Below are positions 37,320 to 52,555 of a stretch of DNA of 64,000 nt, one piece after another. The stretch comes from Macrostomum hystrix (lineage: Eukaryota > Animalia > Platyhelminthes): positions 3,658,001 to 3,722,000 of the forward strand of contig CATNEN010000011.1 in the NCBI GenBank assembly GCA_950097015.1, given 5' to 3'. The first letter of the stretch is position 1, and every line of letters begins with the position of its first letter. Below the pieces are notes generated by a model. It saw only the letters and a list, made by a program, of their open reading frames with translations. It was not told where the DNA came from and did no database searches. A program made the translations under genes and the position numbers.

Positions 37320-38805
37320 TGAAATAGAGTGGGTGAGAAAGTGGGTGAAACAGTGTGGGTGAGAGTGGGTGAGACAGTGTGGGTGAGAGTGGGTGAGAAA
37401 GTGGGTGAGAGAGTGTGGGTGAGAGTGGGTGAGACAGTGTGGGTGAGAGTGGGTGAGAGAGTGTGGGTGAGAGTGGGTGAGACAGTGTGGGTGAAAGAGT
37501 GTGGGTGAGAGAGTGTGGGTGAGAGAGTGTGGGTGAGAGAGTGTGGGTGAGAGAGTGTGGGTGAGAGAGTGGGTGAGAGAGTGTGGGTGAGAGAGTGGGT
37601 GAGAGAGTGTGGGTAAGAGAGTGGGTGAGAGTGAGTGAGAGAGTGTGGGTGAGAGAGTGTGGGTGAGAGAGTATGGGTGAAAGAGTGTGGGTGAGAGAGT
37701 GTGGGTGAGAGAGTGTGGGTGAGAGTGGGTGAGAAAGTGGGTGAGAGAGTGTGGGTGAGAGTGGGTGAGACAGTGTGGGTGAGAGTGGGTGAGAGAGTGT
37801 GGGTGAGAGTGGGTGAGACAGTGTGGGTGAAAGAGTGTGGGTGAGAGAGTGTGGGTGAGAGAGTGTGGGTGAGAGAGTGTGGGTGAGAGAGTGTGGGTGA
37901 GAGAGTGGGTGAGAGAGTGTGGGTGAGAGAGTGGGTGAGAGAGTGTGGGTAAGAGAGTGGGTGAGAGTGAGTGAGAGAGTGTGGGTGAGAGAGTGTGGGT
38001 GAGAGAGTATGGGTGAAAGAGTGTGGGTGAGAGAGTGTGGGTGAGAGAGTGTGGGTGAGAGAGTGTGGGTGAGAGAGTGTAGGTGAGAGAGTGGGTGAGA
38101 GAGTGTGGGTGAGAGAGTGAGTGAGAGAGTGTGGGTGAGAGAGTGGGTGAGAGTGGGTGAGAGAGTGTGGGTGAGAGAGTGTGGGTGAAAGAGTGTGGGT
38201 GAGAGAGTGTGGGTGAGAGAGTGTGGGTGAGAGAGTGTGGGTGAGAGAGTGTGGGTGAGAGAGTGGGTGAGAGTGGGTGAGAGAGTGTGGGTGAGAGAGT
38301 GTGGGTAAAAGAGTGTGGGTGAGAGAGTGTGGGTGAGAGTGGGTGAGAGAGTGTGGGTTAGAGAGTGTGGGTGAAAGAGTGTGGGTGAGAGAGTGTGGGT
38401 GAGAGAGTGTGGGTGAGAGAGTGTGGGTGAGAGAGTGTGGGTGAGAGAGTGTGGGTGAGAGAGTGTGGGTGAGAGAGTGTGGGTGAGAGAGTGTGGGTGA
38501 GAGAGTGTGGGTGAGAGTGTGGGTGAAAGAGTGTGGGTGAGAGTGTGTAGTTGAGAGAGTGTGGGTGAGACAGTGTAGGTGAGAGAGTGTGGGTGAGAGA
38601 GTGTGGGTGAGAGAGTGTGGGTGAGAGAGTGTGGGTGAGAGTGTGGGTGAGAGAGTGGGTGAGAGAGCGGGTGAGAGTGGGTGAGAGAGTGTGGGTGAGA
38701 GAGTGTGGGTGAGAGAGTGTGGGTGAGAGAGTGTGGGTGAGAGAGTGTGGGTGAGAGTGTGGGTGAGAGAGTGGGTGAGAGAGCGGGTGAGAGAGTGTGT
38801 GAGAT
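37320..38805. repeat. G-rich 12-14-bp satellite (GAGAGAGTGTGGGT)n
   Basis: Tandem array with internal higher-order repeats. Confidence 0.95.
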
Positions 38806-39031
38806 AAAAGTGAAGCATTATAGGTTGAGTGACTTAGATTTAGTGCGAATGGACACAGAGAAGCAGCCCAGCCCAGCTTTGCAAAGCCAACTCAAGCCAA
38901 CTCGCTATCTCTGATTGGCCAGCCAATAGTTCTCAACTCAAACTCTCTTAGTTTGCAAAAGGTCTCGCATTTTATGTACGAAAATCATAAAAGCCTTTAG
39001 TGTTGGATGTTCATCCATTTCTTGGATCGCG

Positions 39032-39329
39032 ATGGCAAATTCGTCTGCAAATGTGAAGTTAACTGACTGCAAAATGCAATTAAACAAATCTAACAGCAAT
39101 GCCTCAACTCAAGCATCAGTTGAAGCTGAGGGTCTCAACTGGGCCTACCTCGGTCTCTACATCATCCCAGTGCTGACAGTGTGGGGCAATGTACTTGTCT
39201 GCGTCAGCGTCTTTGTTGAAGCTCGACTGAAGAGTCGCTTCAACTCCTTCTTGGTTTCCCTGGCAATTAGCGACCTACTGTGCGCAGTACTCGTGATGCC
39301 TGTGTCCGCCTTCAAGATGATCAGCGGAG
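39032..39329 (+). CDS. Aminergic (5-HT2-like) GPCR, first coding exon, copy 1 (N-term, TM1-TM2)
   Basis: N-glycosylation sequons, LTVWGNVLVCVSV (TM1), FLVSLAISDLLCAVLVMP (TM2); G|GTGAGC donor, phase 1. Confidence 0.85.
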
Positions 39330-39414
39330 GTGAGCCCATTGTTAGCAGACTGAGCACCACGTACTCTGGAATGGCTGGTGTTTGAATATGTGCGACAGAT
39401 TCCATCAAATTCAC

Positions 39415-40150
39415 CTTACTCTCTCTTATCTCACTCTCTCCACTCACTCTCTCACCTCCCCCTGTCTCCTCTTATCCTCTCTCATCTCACCCTCTCTCAC
39501 CTCCCCCTGTCTCCTCTTATCCTCTGTCATCTTACCCTCTCTCCTCTTATCCTCTCTCATCTCACCCTCTCTCACCTCCCCCTGTCTCCTCTTATCCTCT
39601 CTCATCTCACCCTCTCTCACCCCCCTGCCTCCTCTTATCCTCTCTCATCTCACCCTCTCTCACCTCCCCCTGTCTCCTCTTATCCTCTCTAATCTCACCC
39701 TTTCTCATCTCACCCTCGCTCATCTCACTCTCGCTCATCTCACTCTCGCTCATCTCACCCTCTCTCATCTCACCCTCGCTCATCTTACCCTCTCTCATCT
39801 CACCCTCTCTTATCTCATCCTTTCTCATCTTACCCTCTCTAATTTCACCCTCTCTCATCTTACACTCTCTCATCTCACCCTCTCTCATCTCACCCTCTCA
39901 TCTCTTACACACCCTCATTTCACTCTCTCCTCTTACCCTCTCATCTCACCCTCTCACAACTTCCCTTCTCTTTTCTCACCCCTTCTCCTCTCTCCTCTCA
40001 CCCTCTCTCCTCTCACCTCTCACCCTCTCTCCTCTCACCCTCTCTCCTCTCACCTCTCGTCCTCTCTCCTCTCACCTCTCACCCTCTCCTCTCACCCTCT
40101 CTCCTCTCACCCTCTCTCATCTCATCCTTTCTCATCTTACACCATCTCCT
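39415..40150. repeat. Pyrimidine-rich compound repeat (duplicated at ~45243-45980)
   Basis: CTCTCATCTCACCCT-type units. Confidence 0.9.
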
Positions 40151-40904
40151 CTCCCCTTTATTCTCTAGTCGCCTTCTTGCATGATGAAATTTATCCATTT
40201 TACTTTCTTGATCATTTCCTCATCCACTCTAAACTTTTCTTATCTTTTCTCTCGCTTATATCTTATCATACATTTTCACTATATTTCATTATCACATGAT
40301 TAACAATCGATTATTGGTTAAAAGATTATTCTAATAAAAGTCCTGATAAAATTAATCTTCACAGAAATTCTGATCAGTGTACATTGAAAATTGATATGCA
40401 ACACTTCTAGCCAAAGTGGCGGTTGTTACACCGTTTTTTTATCATGCTGTGGTTAAAAATGTGATTTGAGATGACGTGAGCTGATTCTGACACAATTTCA
40501 GGATGCTAGCACGTCATATGGGTTTGGCACATCTTTGAGTAGATTAATAACTAGTGAGTATATATAAAAGGGTCCAGCGTTTTTTGTATCGAAAACTCCT
40601 CTAATTAAATTAGAGTTTTTCTAATACTTTGAATTGCCACAAAAGCTGCCATGGGTAAATACTAAGCCTTTATAACAGTATCCGTGTCCCACTGATCGGA
40701 TAGACATACATGTCAATTAGTGCGTTTTTGTTTCATACAACTCTCATAGGATTTTGAAAAGCGATCTAGGAAATTAATCCGGATAAAGCTTGGCTGGTTT
40801 CTTCAAGCAAAGATTTCGTGTCTAATTACGACACGGAAATAGAGCATGTTGTTGTACTCAATGAATCACCTGTTAGTAGAAAGATACAATGGGCATATTA
40901 GGAT

Positions 40905-41395
40905 ATCATGAGCAGATCGGGATTAGTGATGAGCAGATTGATATTAGTGATGAGCAGATTGAGATTAGTGATGAGAAGATTAAGATTAGTGATGAGCAGA
41001 TTGAGATTAGTGATGAGCAGATTGAGATTAGTGATGAGCAGATTGAGATTAGTGATGAGCAGATTGAGATTAGTGATGAGAAAATTAAGATTAGTGATGA
41101 GCAGATTGAAATTAGTGATGAGAAGATTAAGATTAGCGATGAGCAGATTAAGATTAACGATGAGCAGATTAAGATTAGCGATGAGCAGATTGAGATTAGT
41201 GATGAGAAGATTAAGATTAGCGATGAGCAGATTGAGATTAGTGATGAGCAGATTGAGATTAGTGATGAGCGGATTGAGATTAGTGATGAGCAGATTGAGA
41301 TTAGTTTTGAGCATATTAATATTAGTGATGAGCATATTGAGATTAGTGATGAGCAGATTGGGATAAATTATGAGCAGATTGGGATAAATCATTGA
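40905..41395. repeat. 21-bp minisatellite (GATGAGCAGATTGAGATTAGT)n, copy 1
   Basis: Period 21, about 23 units. Confidence 0.93.
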
Positions 41396-41954
41396 GCGAA
41401 TCGGGATAAATGAAAAGCAGAGTGGGATAAATAACAGATATTTAATCGCGATGAGCTGGTACGATAACTTAATTTTCAATTCTATTTGACTCGCAGCCTA
41501 ATCACTGCTCAATAGAAAATTTGTACAGTTTTGTTATATTTCTTTGGGGAATTCAAGGGGTTTGACGCACAAGCTTGCTCACAGTCGGTGTCTGTGTGCC
41601 GTGTGCTGCTAAAAAATAATGCAATTTCTTAGTCCCAACCACGCAAGCCAGAGTGAGACACTGATAAGAGTCTGAGGACGAAAATTCAATCAATCTTTTT
41701 GCAAATTGGAACTCAAACCTTTAGTTGCTTTTTCTTACATCGCGTCTCCTTTGTTTCTTCATTTTGGTTCATCTAACCCTGGCCAATGCGCCTGGGTTTT
41801 CTTAAGTCCAGACTTTGAATTCCAATTACGGCTAGGCGAGACTCTACCAGTGCAGGCTAACAGATAGTAGCTACCCTTTACCACTCTTTCATACTCTCTA
41901 TCCCATCGGTTGATTAATTTTCTTGCGGCCTCTTAAAAAAGTTCCCGAATTTAT

Positions 41955-42450
<496 letters not shown>

Positions 42451-42489
42451 AGCAATGCAAATTAAAGTTGATTGCTAAAGGAAACAAAG

Positions 42490-42569
42490 TTTCCTAGTGG
42501 AGTCCAGAAACGAACCACCGACCTTAAAGTCCTGAGTGCGACACTTTTACCGGTAGGCTAAAACCCGCC
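42490..42569 (-). mobile_element. tRNA-derived SINE head (duplicate at ~48853-48932)
   Basis: Minus strand GGCGGGTTTTAGCCTACCGGT (A-box-like)...GGTTCGTTTC (B-box-like), followed by a short body and the (GATA)n tract. Confidence 0.5.
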
Positions 42570-43317
42570 ATATACTAAAATAAAGACACAATTACCTCAG
42601 ATGCACAAGAAATTAGTTCACGAAAAATTCTTACAAATATGCCAGATAGCAAAAATAATAGTTTCTGTTTGTTTTGATCCATCCAGTTGTCATGGTAAGG
42701 GCATGAAATATAAAAAATTCCTATTTTGTAAACATAATATTTAATCTCGTTCGCAAAGATGTTCGATGCGCCGACAAAACTGCGCCACACCCAAAATAAA
42801 ACAAAAAAATGTTCAATTCCGCTTGTCCTGTCTATATTTATACAGTCAATTGCGTCAGAGAAATCTCCAAAAACTGGCTCAAAAACTCCAACGATGAATT
42901 TAGTTTCATTATACGACTATAACAAAACATCATTACCGATCGACAATAGCTGATAACAAAACTCGCAATTTCCTGCAAATTTCCTGTAAGATGAGATACG
43001 CCTGTATTGTGGCAGGCATATTATAGAAAAACAATATATAATGGAATATTTCTCTCATTCATTGATGATTGAATATTTCCATTATTCCTCAGTGAGTTAT
43101 TTCCCCTGTATTATCTTTAACTCATTGTAGACACAGGGATCTAGACTATATTTAGACTAACCCTACCTCAAAATCGTAGTGTAGGAGGTTCTACGAGTAG
43201 GCCAGGTTAGACTTGACTTAAACAGTTGCACACAAGCATCTAGGAGTATGTTTATCCAACCTGCTTATTTATACACTGAATATATTTTGTAATAATGGCT
43301 GAAATATTAAACATGTG

Positions 43318-44630
43318 GGTGTGGGTGAGAGAGTGTGGGTGAGAGAGTGGGTGAGACAGTGTGGGTGAGAGAGTGTGGGTGAGAGAGTGTGGGTGAGAGA
43401 GTGTGGGTGAGACAGTGTGGGTGAGAGAGTGTGAGTGAGAGAGTGTGGGTGAGAGAGTGTGGGTGAGAGAGTATGGGTGAAAGAGTGTGGGTGAGAGAGT
43501 GTGGGTGAGAGAGTGTGGGTGAGAGAGTGTGGGTGAGAGAGTGTAGGTGAGAGAGTGGGTGAAAGAGTGTGGGTGAGAGAGTGAGTGAGAGAGTGTGGGT
43601 GAGAGAGTGGGTGAGAGTGGGTGAGAGAGTGTGGGTGAGAGAGTGTGGGTGAAAGAGTGTGGGTGAGAGAGTGTGGGTGAGAGAGTGTGGGTGAGAGAGT
43701 GTGGGTGAGAGAGTGTGGGTGAGAGAGTGGGTGAGAGTGGGTGAGAGAGTGTGGGTGAGACAGTGTGGGTGAGAGAGTGTGGGTGAGAGAGTGGGTGAGA
43801 CAGTGTGGGTGAGAGAGTGTGGGTGAGAGAGTGTGGGTGAGAGAGTGTGGGTGAGACAGTGTGGGTGAGAGAGTGTGAGTGAGAGAGTGTGGGTGAGAGA
43901 GTGTGGGTGAGAGAGTATGGGTGAAAGAGTGTGGGTGAGAGAGTGTGGGTGAGAGAGTGTGGGTGAGAGAGTGTGGGTGAGAGAGTGTAGGTGAGAGAGT
44001 GGGTGAAAGAGTGTGGGTGAGAGAGTGAGTGAGAGAGTGTGGGTGAGAGAGTGGGTGAGAGTGGGTGAGAGAGTGTGGGTGAGAGAGTGTGGGTGAAAGA
44101 GTGTGGGTGAGAGAGTGTGGGTGAGAGAGTGTGGGTGAGAGAGTGTGGGTGAGAGAGTGTGGGTGAGAGAGTGGGTGAGAGTGGGTGAGAGAGTGTGGGT
44201 GAGAGAGTGTGGGTGAAAGAGTGTGGGTGAGAGAGTGTGGGTGAGAGTGGGTGAGAGAGTGTGGGTTAGAGAGTGTGGGTGAAAGAGTGTGGGTGAGAGA
44301 GTGTGGGTGAGAGAGTGTGGGTGAGAGAGTGTGGGTGAGAGAGTGTGGGTGAGAGAGTGTGGGTGAGAAAGTGGGTGAGAGTGGGTGAGAGAGTGTGGGT
44401 GAGAGAGTGTGGGTAAAAGAGTGTGGGTGAGAGAGTGTGGGTGAGAAAGTGTGGGTGAGAGTGTGGGTGAAAGAGTGTGGGTGAGAGTGTGTAGTTGAGA
44501 GAGTGTGGGTGAGACAGTGTAGGTGAGAGAGTGTGGGTGAGAGAGTGTGGGTGAGAGAGTGTGGGTGAGAGAGTGTGGGTGAGAGTGTGGGTGAGAGAGT
44601 GGGTGAGAGAGCGGGTGAGAGAGTGTGTGA
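43318..44630. repeat. Second (GAGAGAGTGTGGGT)n array
   Basis: Begins abruptly at the duplication junction. Confidence 0.95.
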
Positions 44631-44859
44631 GATAAAAGTGAAGCATTATTGGTTGAGTGACTTAGATTTAGTGCGAATGGACACAGAGAAGCAGCCCAGC
44701 CCAGCTTTGCAAAGCCAACTCAAGCCAACTCGCTATCTCTGATTGGCCAGCCAATAGTTCTCAACTCAAACTCTCTTAGTTTGCAAAAGGTCTCGCATTT
44801 TATGTACGAAAATCATAAAAGCCTTTAGTGTTGGATGTTCATCCATTTCTTGGATCGCG

Positions 44860-45157
44860 ATGGCAAATTCGTCTGCAAATGTGAAGTTAACTGACTGCAA
44901 AATGCAATTAAACAAATCTAACAGCAATGCCTCAACTCAAGCATCAGTTGAAGCTGAGGGTCTCAACTGGGCCTACCTCGGTCTCTACATCATCCCAGTG
45001 CTGACAGTGTGGGGCAATGTACTTGTCTGCGTCAGCGTCTTTGTTGAAGCTCGACTGAAGAGTCGCTTCAACTCCTTCTTGGTTTCCCTGGCAATTAGCG
45101 ACCTACTGTGCGCAGTACTCGTGATGCCTGTGTCCGCCTTCAAGATGATCAGCGGAG
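44860..45157 (+). CDS. Aminergic GPCR first coding exon, copy 2
   Basis: Translation identical to 39032-39329; same donor. Confidence 0.85.
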
Positions 45158-46734
45158 GTGAGCCCATTGTTAGCAGACTGAGCACCACGTACTCTGGAAT
45201 GGCTGGTGTTTGAATATGTGCGACAGATTCCATCAAATTCACCTTACTCTCTCTTATCTCACTCTCTCCACTCACTCTCTCACCTCCCCCTGTCTCCTCT
45301 TATCCTCTCTCATCTCACCCTCTCTCACCTCCCCCTGTCTCCTCTTATCCTCTGTCATCTTACCCTCTCTCCTCTTATCCTCTCTCATCTCACCCTCTCT
45401 CACCTCCCCCCGTCTCCTCTTATCCTCTCTCATCTCACCCTCTCTCACCCCCCTGCCTCCTCTTATCCTCTCTCATCTCACCCTCTCTCACCTCCCCCTG
45501 TCTCCTCTTATCCTCTCTAATCTCACCCTTTCTCATCTCACCCTCGCTCATCTCACTCTCGCTCATCTCACTCTCGCTCATCTCACCCTCTCTCATCTCA
45601 CCCTCGCTCATCTTACCCTCTCTCATCTCACCCTCTCTTATCTCATCCTTTCTCATCTTACCCTCTCTAATTTCACCCTCTCTCATCTTACACTCTCTCA
45701 TCTCACTCTCTCTCATCTCACCCTCTCATCTCTTACACACCCTCATTTCACTCTCTCCTCTTACCCTCTCATCTCACCCTCTCACAACTTCCCTTCTCTT
45801 TTCTCACCCCTTCTCCTCTCTCCTCTCACCCTCTCTCCTCTCACCTCTCACCCTCTCTCCTCTCACCCTCTCTCCTCTCACCTCTCGTCCTCTCTCCTCT
45901 CACCTCTCACCCTCTCCTCTCACCCTCTCTCCTCTCACCCTCTCTCATCTCATCCTTTCTCATCTTACACCATCTCCTCTCACCCTATATTCTCTAGTCG
46001 CCTTCTTGCATGATGAAATTTATCCATTTTACTTTCTTGATCATTTCCTCATCCACTCTAAACTTTTCTTATCTTTCCTCTCGCTTATATCTTATCATAC
46101 ATTTTCACTATATTTCATTATCACATGATTAACAATCGATTATTGGTTAAAAGATTATTCTAATAAAAGTCCTGATAAAATTAATCTTCACAGAAATTCA
46201 GATCAGTGTACATTGAAAATTGATATGCAACACTTCTAGCCAAAGTGGCGGTTGTTACACAGTTTTTTTTATCATGCTGTGGTTAAAAATGTGATTTGAG
46301 ATGACGTGAGCTGATTCTGACACAATTTCAGGATGCTAGCACGTCATATGGGTTTGGCACATCTTTGAGTAGATTAACAACTAGTGAGTATATATAAAAA
46401 GGTCCAGCGTTTTTTGTATCGAAAACTCCTCTAATTAAATTAGAGTTTTTCTAATACTTTGAATTGCCACAAAAGCTGCCATGGGTAAATACTAAGCCTT
46501 TATAACAGTATCCGTGTCCCACTGATCGGATAGACATACATGTCAATTAGTGCGTTTTTGTTTCATACAACTCTCATAGGATTTTGAAAAGCGATCTAGG
46601 AAATTAATCCGGATAAAGCTTGGCTGGTTTCTTCAAGCAAAGATTTCGTGTCTAATTACGACACGGAAATAGAGCATGTTGTTGTACTCAATGAATCACC
46701 TGTTAGTAGAAAGATACAATGGGCATATTAGGAT

Positions 46735-47750
46735 ATCATGAGCAGATCGGGATTAGTGATGAGCAGATTGATATTAGTGATGAGCAGATTGAGATTAGTG
46801 ATGAGAAGATTAAGATTAGTGATGAGCAGATTGAGATTAGTGATGAGCAGATTGAGATTAGTGATGAGCAGATTGAGATTAGTGATGAGCAGATTGAGAT
46901 TAGTGATGAGAAAATTAAGATTAGTGATGAGCAGATTGAGATTAGTGATGAGAAGATTGAGATTAGTGATGAGCAGATTGAGATTAGTGATGAGCAGATT
47001 GAGATTAGTGATGAGCAGATTGAGATTAGTGATGATCAGATTGAGATTAGCGATGAGCAGATTGAGATTAGTGATGAGAAAATTAAGATTAGTGATGAGC
47101 AGATTGAGATTAGTGATGAGAAGATTGAGATTAGTGATGAGCAGATTGAGATTAGTGATGAGCAGATTGAGATTAGTGATGAGCAGATTGAGATTAGTGA
47201 TGATCAGATTGAGATTAGCGATGAGCAGATTAAGATTAACGATGAGCAGGTTAAGATTAGCGATGAGCAGATTGAGATTAGTGATGAGAAGATTAAGATT
47301 AGCGATGAGCAGATTGAGATTAGTGATGAGCAGATTGAGATTAGCGATGAGCAGATTGAGATTAGTGATGATCAGATTGAGATTAGCGATGAGCAGATTA
47401 AGATTAACGATGAGCAGGTTAAGATTAGCGATGAGCAGATTGAGATTAGTGATGAGAAGATTAAGATTAGCGATGAGCAGATTGAGATTAGTGATGAGCA
47501 GATTGAGATTAGCGATGAGCAGATTGAGATTAGTGATGAGCAGATTAAGATTAACGATGAGCAGGTTAAGATTAGCGATGAGCAGATTGAGATTAGTGAT
47601 GAGAAGATTAAGATTAGCGATGAGCAGATTGAGATTAGTGATGAGCAGATTGAGATTAGTTTTGAGCATATTAATATTAGTGATGAGCATATTGAGATTA
47701 GTGATGAGCAGATTGGGATAAATTATGAGCAGATTGGGATAAATCATTGA
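46735..47750. repeat. 21-bp minisatellite, copy 2 (about twice as long)
   Basis: About 48 units against about 23 in copy 1. Confidence 0.93.
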
Positions 47751-48309
47751 GCGAATCGGGATAAATGAAAAGCAGAGTGGGATAAATAACAGATATTTAA
47801 TCGCGATGAGCAGGTACGATAACTTAATTTTCAATTCTATTTGACTCGCAGCCTAATCACTGCTCAATAGAAAGTTTGTACAGTTTTGTTATATTTCTTT
47901 GGGGAATTCAAGGGGTTTGACGCACAAGCTTGCTCACAGTCGGTGTCTGTGTGCCATGTGCTGCTAAAAAATAATGCAATTTCTTAGTCCCAACTACGCA
48001 AGCCAGAGTGAGACACTGATAAGAGTCTGAGGACGAAAATTCAATCAATCTTTTTGCAAATTGGAACTCAAACCTTTAGCTGCTTTTTCTTACATCGCGT
48101 CTCCTTTGTTTCTTCATTTTGGTTCATCTAACCCTGGCCAATGCGCCTGGGTTTTCTTAAGTCCAGACTTTGAATTCCAATTACGGCTAGGCGAGACTCT
48201 ACCAGTGCAGGCTAACAGATAGTAGCTACCCTTTACCACTCTTTCGTACTCTCTATCCCATCGGTTGATTAATTTTCTTGCGGCCTCTTAAAAAAGTTCC
48301 CGAATTTAT

Positions 48310-48815
<506 letters not shown>

Positions 48816-49804
48816 AGCAATGCAAATTAAAGTTGATTGCTAAAGGAAACAAAGTTTCCTAGTGGAGTCCAGAAACGAACCACCGACCTTAAAGTCCTGA
48901 GTGCGACACTTTTACCGGTAGGCTAAAAGCCGCCATATACTAAAATAAAGACACAATTACCTCAGATGCACAAGAAATTAGTTCACGAAAAATTCTTACA
49001 AATATGCCAGATAGCAAAAATAATAGTTTCTGTTTGTTTTGATCCATCCAGTTGTCATGGTAAGGGCATGAAATATAAAAAATTCCTATTTTGTAAACAT
49101 AATATTTAATCTCGTTCGCAAAGATGTTCGATGCGCCGACAAAACTGCGCCACACCCAAAATAAAACAAAAAAATGTTCAATTCCGCTTGTCCTGTCTAT
49201 ATTTATACAGTCAATTGCGTCAGAGAAATCTCCAAAAACTGGCTCAAAAACTCCAACGATGAATTTAGTTTCATTATACGACTATAACAAAACATCATTA
49301 CCGATCGACAATAGCTGATAACAAAACTCGCAATTTCCTGCAAATTTCCTGTAAGATGAGATACGCCTGTATTGTGGCAGGCATATTATAGAAAAACAAT
49401 ATATAATGGAATATTTCTCTCATTCATTGATGATTGAATATTTCCATTATTCCTCAGTGAGTTATTTCCCCTGTATTATCTTTAACTCATTGTAGACACA
49501 GGGATCTAGACTATATTTAGACTAACCCTACCTCAAAATCGTAGTGTAGGAGGTTCTACGAGTAGGCCAGGTTAGACTTGACTTAAACAGTTGCACACAA
49601 GCATCTAGGAGTATGTTTATCCAACCTGCTTATTTATACACTGAATATATTTTGTAATAATGGCTGAAATATTAAACATGTGTGCATTTAATGACGCATT
49701 ACCGATTCTACCGTGCAGCCAACGAATAACGTTTTCTACAGCTTTATATTGTGAACTAAACTCGTAGTGCAAACTTGGAATGAAATGCGTCACGCGTTCT
49801 TGCA

Positions 49805-50810
49805 GTGGAGAGAGGTCTAGTAGAGATGGAGACAGTGGAGAAAGGGAGTGTAGTAAAGGGGAGAGTAGAGAAGGGGAGAGTAGAGAGTGGGAGAGTAGAG
49901 AGTGGGAGAGTAGAGAGTGGGAGAGTAGATAGTGAGAGAGTAGAGAGTGGGAGAGTAGAGAGTGGGAGAGTAGAGAGTGGGAGAGTAGATAGTGAGAGAG
50001 TAGAGAGTGGGAGAGTAGAGAGTGGGAGAGTAGAGAGTGGGAGAGTAGAGAGTGGGAGAGTAGAGAGTGGGAGAGTAGAGAAGGGTAGAGTAGAGAGGGG
50101 GAGAGAATAGAAGGGGAGAGAGTAGAGAGGGCGAGAGTAGAGAAGGGTAGAGTAGAGAAGGGTAGAGTAGAGAGGGGGAGAGTATAGAAGGGGAGAGAGT
50201 AGAGAGGGCGAGAGTAGAGAAGGGTAGAGTAGAGAGGGGGGGAGTAGAGAGGGGGAGTAAAGAGGGGGAGAGTATAGAAGGGGAGAGAGTAGAGAGGGGG
50301 AGAGTATAGAAGGGGAGAGAGTAGAGAGGGGGAGAGTATAGAAGGGGAGAGAGTAGAGATGGGGGAGAGTATAGAAGGGGAGAGAGTAGAGAGGGGGAGA
50401 GTATAGAAGGGGAGAGAGTAGAGATGGGGGAGAGTATAGAAGGGGAGAGAGTAGAGAGGGGGAGAGTATAGAAGGGGAGAGAGTAGAGAGGGGGAGAGTA
50501 TTGAAGGGGAGAGAGTAGAGAGGGGGAGAGTAAAGAGGGGGAGAGTATAGAAGGGGAGAGAGTAGAGAGGGGGAGAGTAAAGAGGGGGAGAGTATAGAAG
50601 GGGAGAGAGTAGAGAGGGGGAGAGTATAGAAGGGGAGAGAGTAGAGAGGGGAGAGTAAAGAGGGGGAGAGTATAGAAGGGGAGAGAGTAGAGAGGGGGAG
50701 AGTAGAAAGGGGAGAGTATAGAAGGGGAGAGAGTAGAGAGGGGGAGAGTAAAGAGGGGGAGAGAGTAGAGAGGGGGGAGAGTAGAAAGGGGAGAGTAGAG
50801 AATGCTTGAG
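49805..50810. repeat. Purine-rich compound minisatellite (GAGAGTAGAGAGTGG and GGGAGAGTATAGAAGGGGAGAGAGTAGAGAG units)
   Basis: Direct reading. Confidence 0.92.
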
Positions 50811-51424
50811 TAGGAGAGGAGAGAGAGGAAATGAGTAAGGCTACGAGCTAGCTAGTGAATGACTGTATGGGCAGAGAATGCGAATAACGAATGCAAGTGT
50901 ACAGATGGTTTAAGCAAGTGTTTGTATCACGCCGACTTCCTACCATCTGAGTCTCTATTTATTCCAATCTTTCAAGCAAATTATTTTTCGGACCAAACTT
51001 CCCGTCCGTCAGTGGAGAGTCGGCACTTCACAAAGCAAGAAAGCAAATTTCTACCAATACAGGAAGTTGGCCAGCAAATGCCCATGCAAAGCTGTTGTTG
51101 TGTTGGCTATTTTGAAAATACCTGCATCGTTCAATTCAGGTTTCTAAACTATTCTAAACTTGTTTTGCATGCAAGGTTAAAAAATGGTCGAAAAAATTTC
51201 TAGCCTTTGATTTATTTGACAAGTTACTGTACTTATCGGGTAAGCTTATCGAGTTTGCTGTTCTGACTGGCGACACACCTTGACTTTTTATCCTTTTGAT
51301 CCGGTGGCGACATGTCAAGTTTTGATTGACGCGAGTTGAGAAAGTAATAAAAGCTTAGATTAAGAATAAGAGCGCTGACACACTCCCTCCATAGTCTCAC
51401 CTCCTCATCACCCAATAACCCTTT

Positions 51425-52555
51425 CCCCTCACCTTCTCTCCTCTCCTCTCATTTGTCTCTCCTCTCATTTGTCTCTCCTCTCATTTGTCTCTCCTCTCAT
51501 TATCTCTCCTCTAATTATCTCTCCTCTCACCCTCTCATCTCATTATCTCTCCTCTCACCCTCTCCTACCCTCTCGTTATCTCTCCTCTCCTCTCACCCTT
51601 GCCTCTCATCTCCCCCTCCCCTCTCCTCTCATTATCTCTCCTCTCACCCTCGTCTCCCCTCTCATTATCTATTCTCTCACCATCGTCTCTCATCTCATTA
51701 TCTCTCCTCTCACTTACTCTCTCCTCTCCTCTCACCCTCTCCTCCCTGTCATTATCTATTCTCTCACCCTCGTCTCCCCTCTCATTATCTATTCTCTCAC
51801 CATCGTCTCTCATCTCATTATCTCTCCTCTCACTTACTCTCTCCTCTCCTCTCACCCTCTCCTCCCTGTCATTATCTATTCTCTCACCCTCGTCTCCCCT
51901 CTCATTATCTATTCTCTCACCATCGTCTCCCCTCTCATTATCTATTCTCTCACCATCGTCTCTCATCTCATTATCTCTCCTCTCACTTACTCTCTCCTCT
52001 CCTCTCACCCTCTCCTCCCTGTCATTATCTATTCTCTCACCCTCGTCTCCCCTCTCATTATCTATTCTCTCACCATCGTCTCCCCTCTCATTATCTATTC
52101 TCTCACCATCGTCTCTCATCTCATTATCTCTCCTCTCACTTACTCTCTCCTCTCCTCTCACCCTCTCCTCCCTGTCATTATCTATTCTCTCACCCTCGTC
52201 TCCCCTCTCATTATCTATTCTCTCACCATCGTCTCCCCTCTCATTATCTATTCTCTCACCATCGTCTCTCATCTCATTATCTCTCCTCTCACTTACTCTC
52301 TCCTCTCCTCTCACCCTCTCCTCCCTGTCATTATCTATTCTCTCACCCTCGTCTCCCCTCTCATTATCTATTCTCTCACCATCGTCTCCCCTCTCATTAT
52401 CTATTCTCTCACCATCGTCTCTCATCTCATTATCTCTCCTCTCACTTACTCTCTCCTCTCCTCTCACCCTCTCCTCCCTGTCATTATCTCTCCTTTCACC
52501 CCCTTCTATCCTCTCACTCTCCACAGTCATCCTCTTCTCACCCTTATCTCCTCCC
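51425..52555. repeat. Pyrimidine-rich higher-order minisatellite
   Basis: Repeating CTCTCATTATCTATTCTCTCACCATCGT blocks. Confidence 0.92.

Noticed and set aside
35651-38818. RLERV, SLTL and HPHSLT long ORFs
   Set aside because: Translations of the 15-bp and 14-bp arrays.
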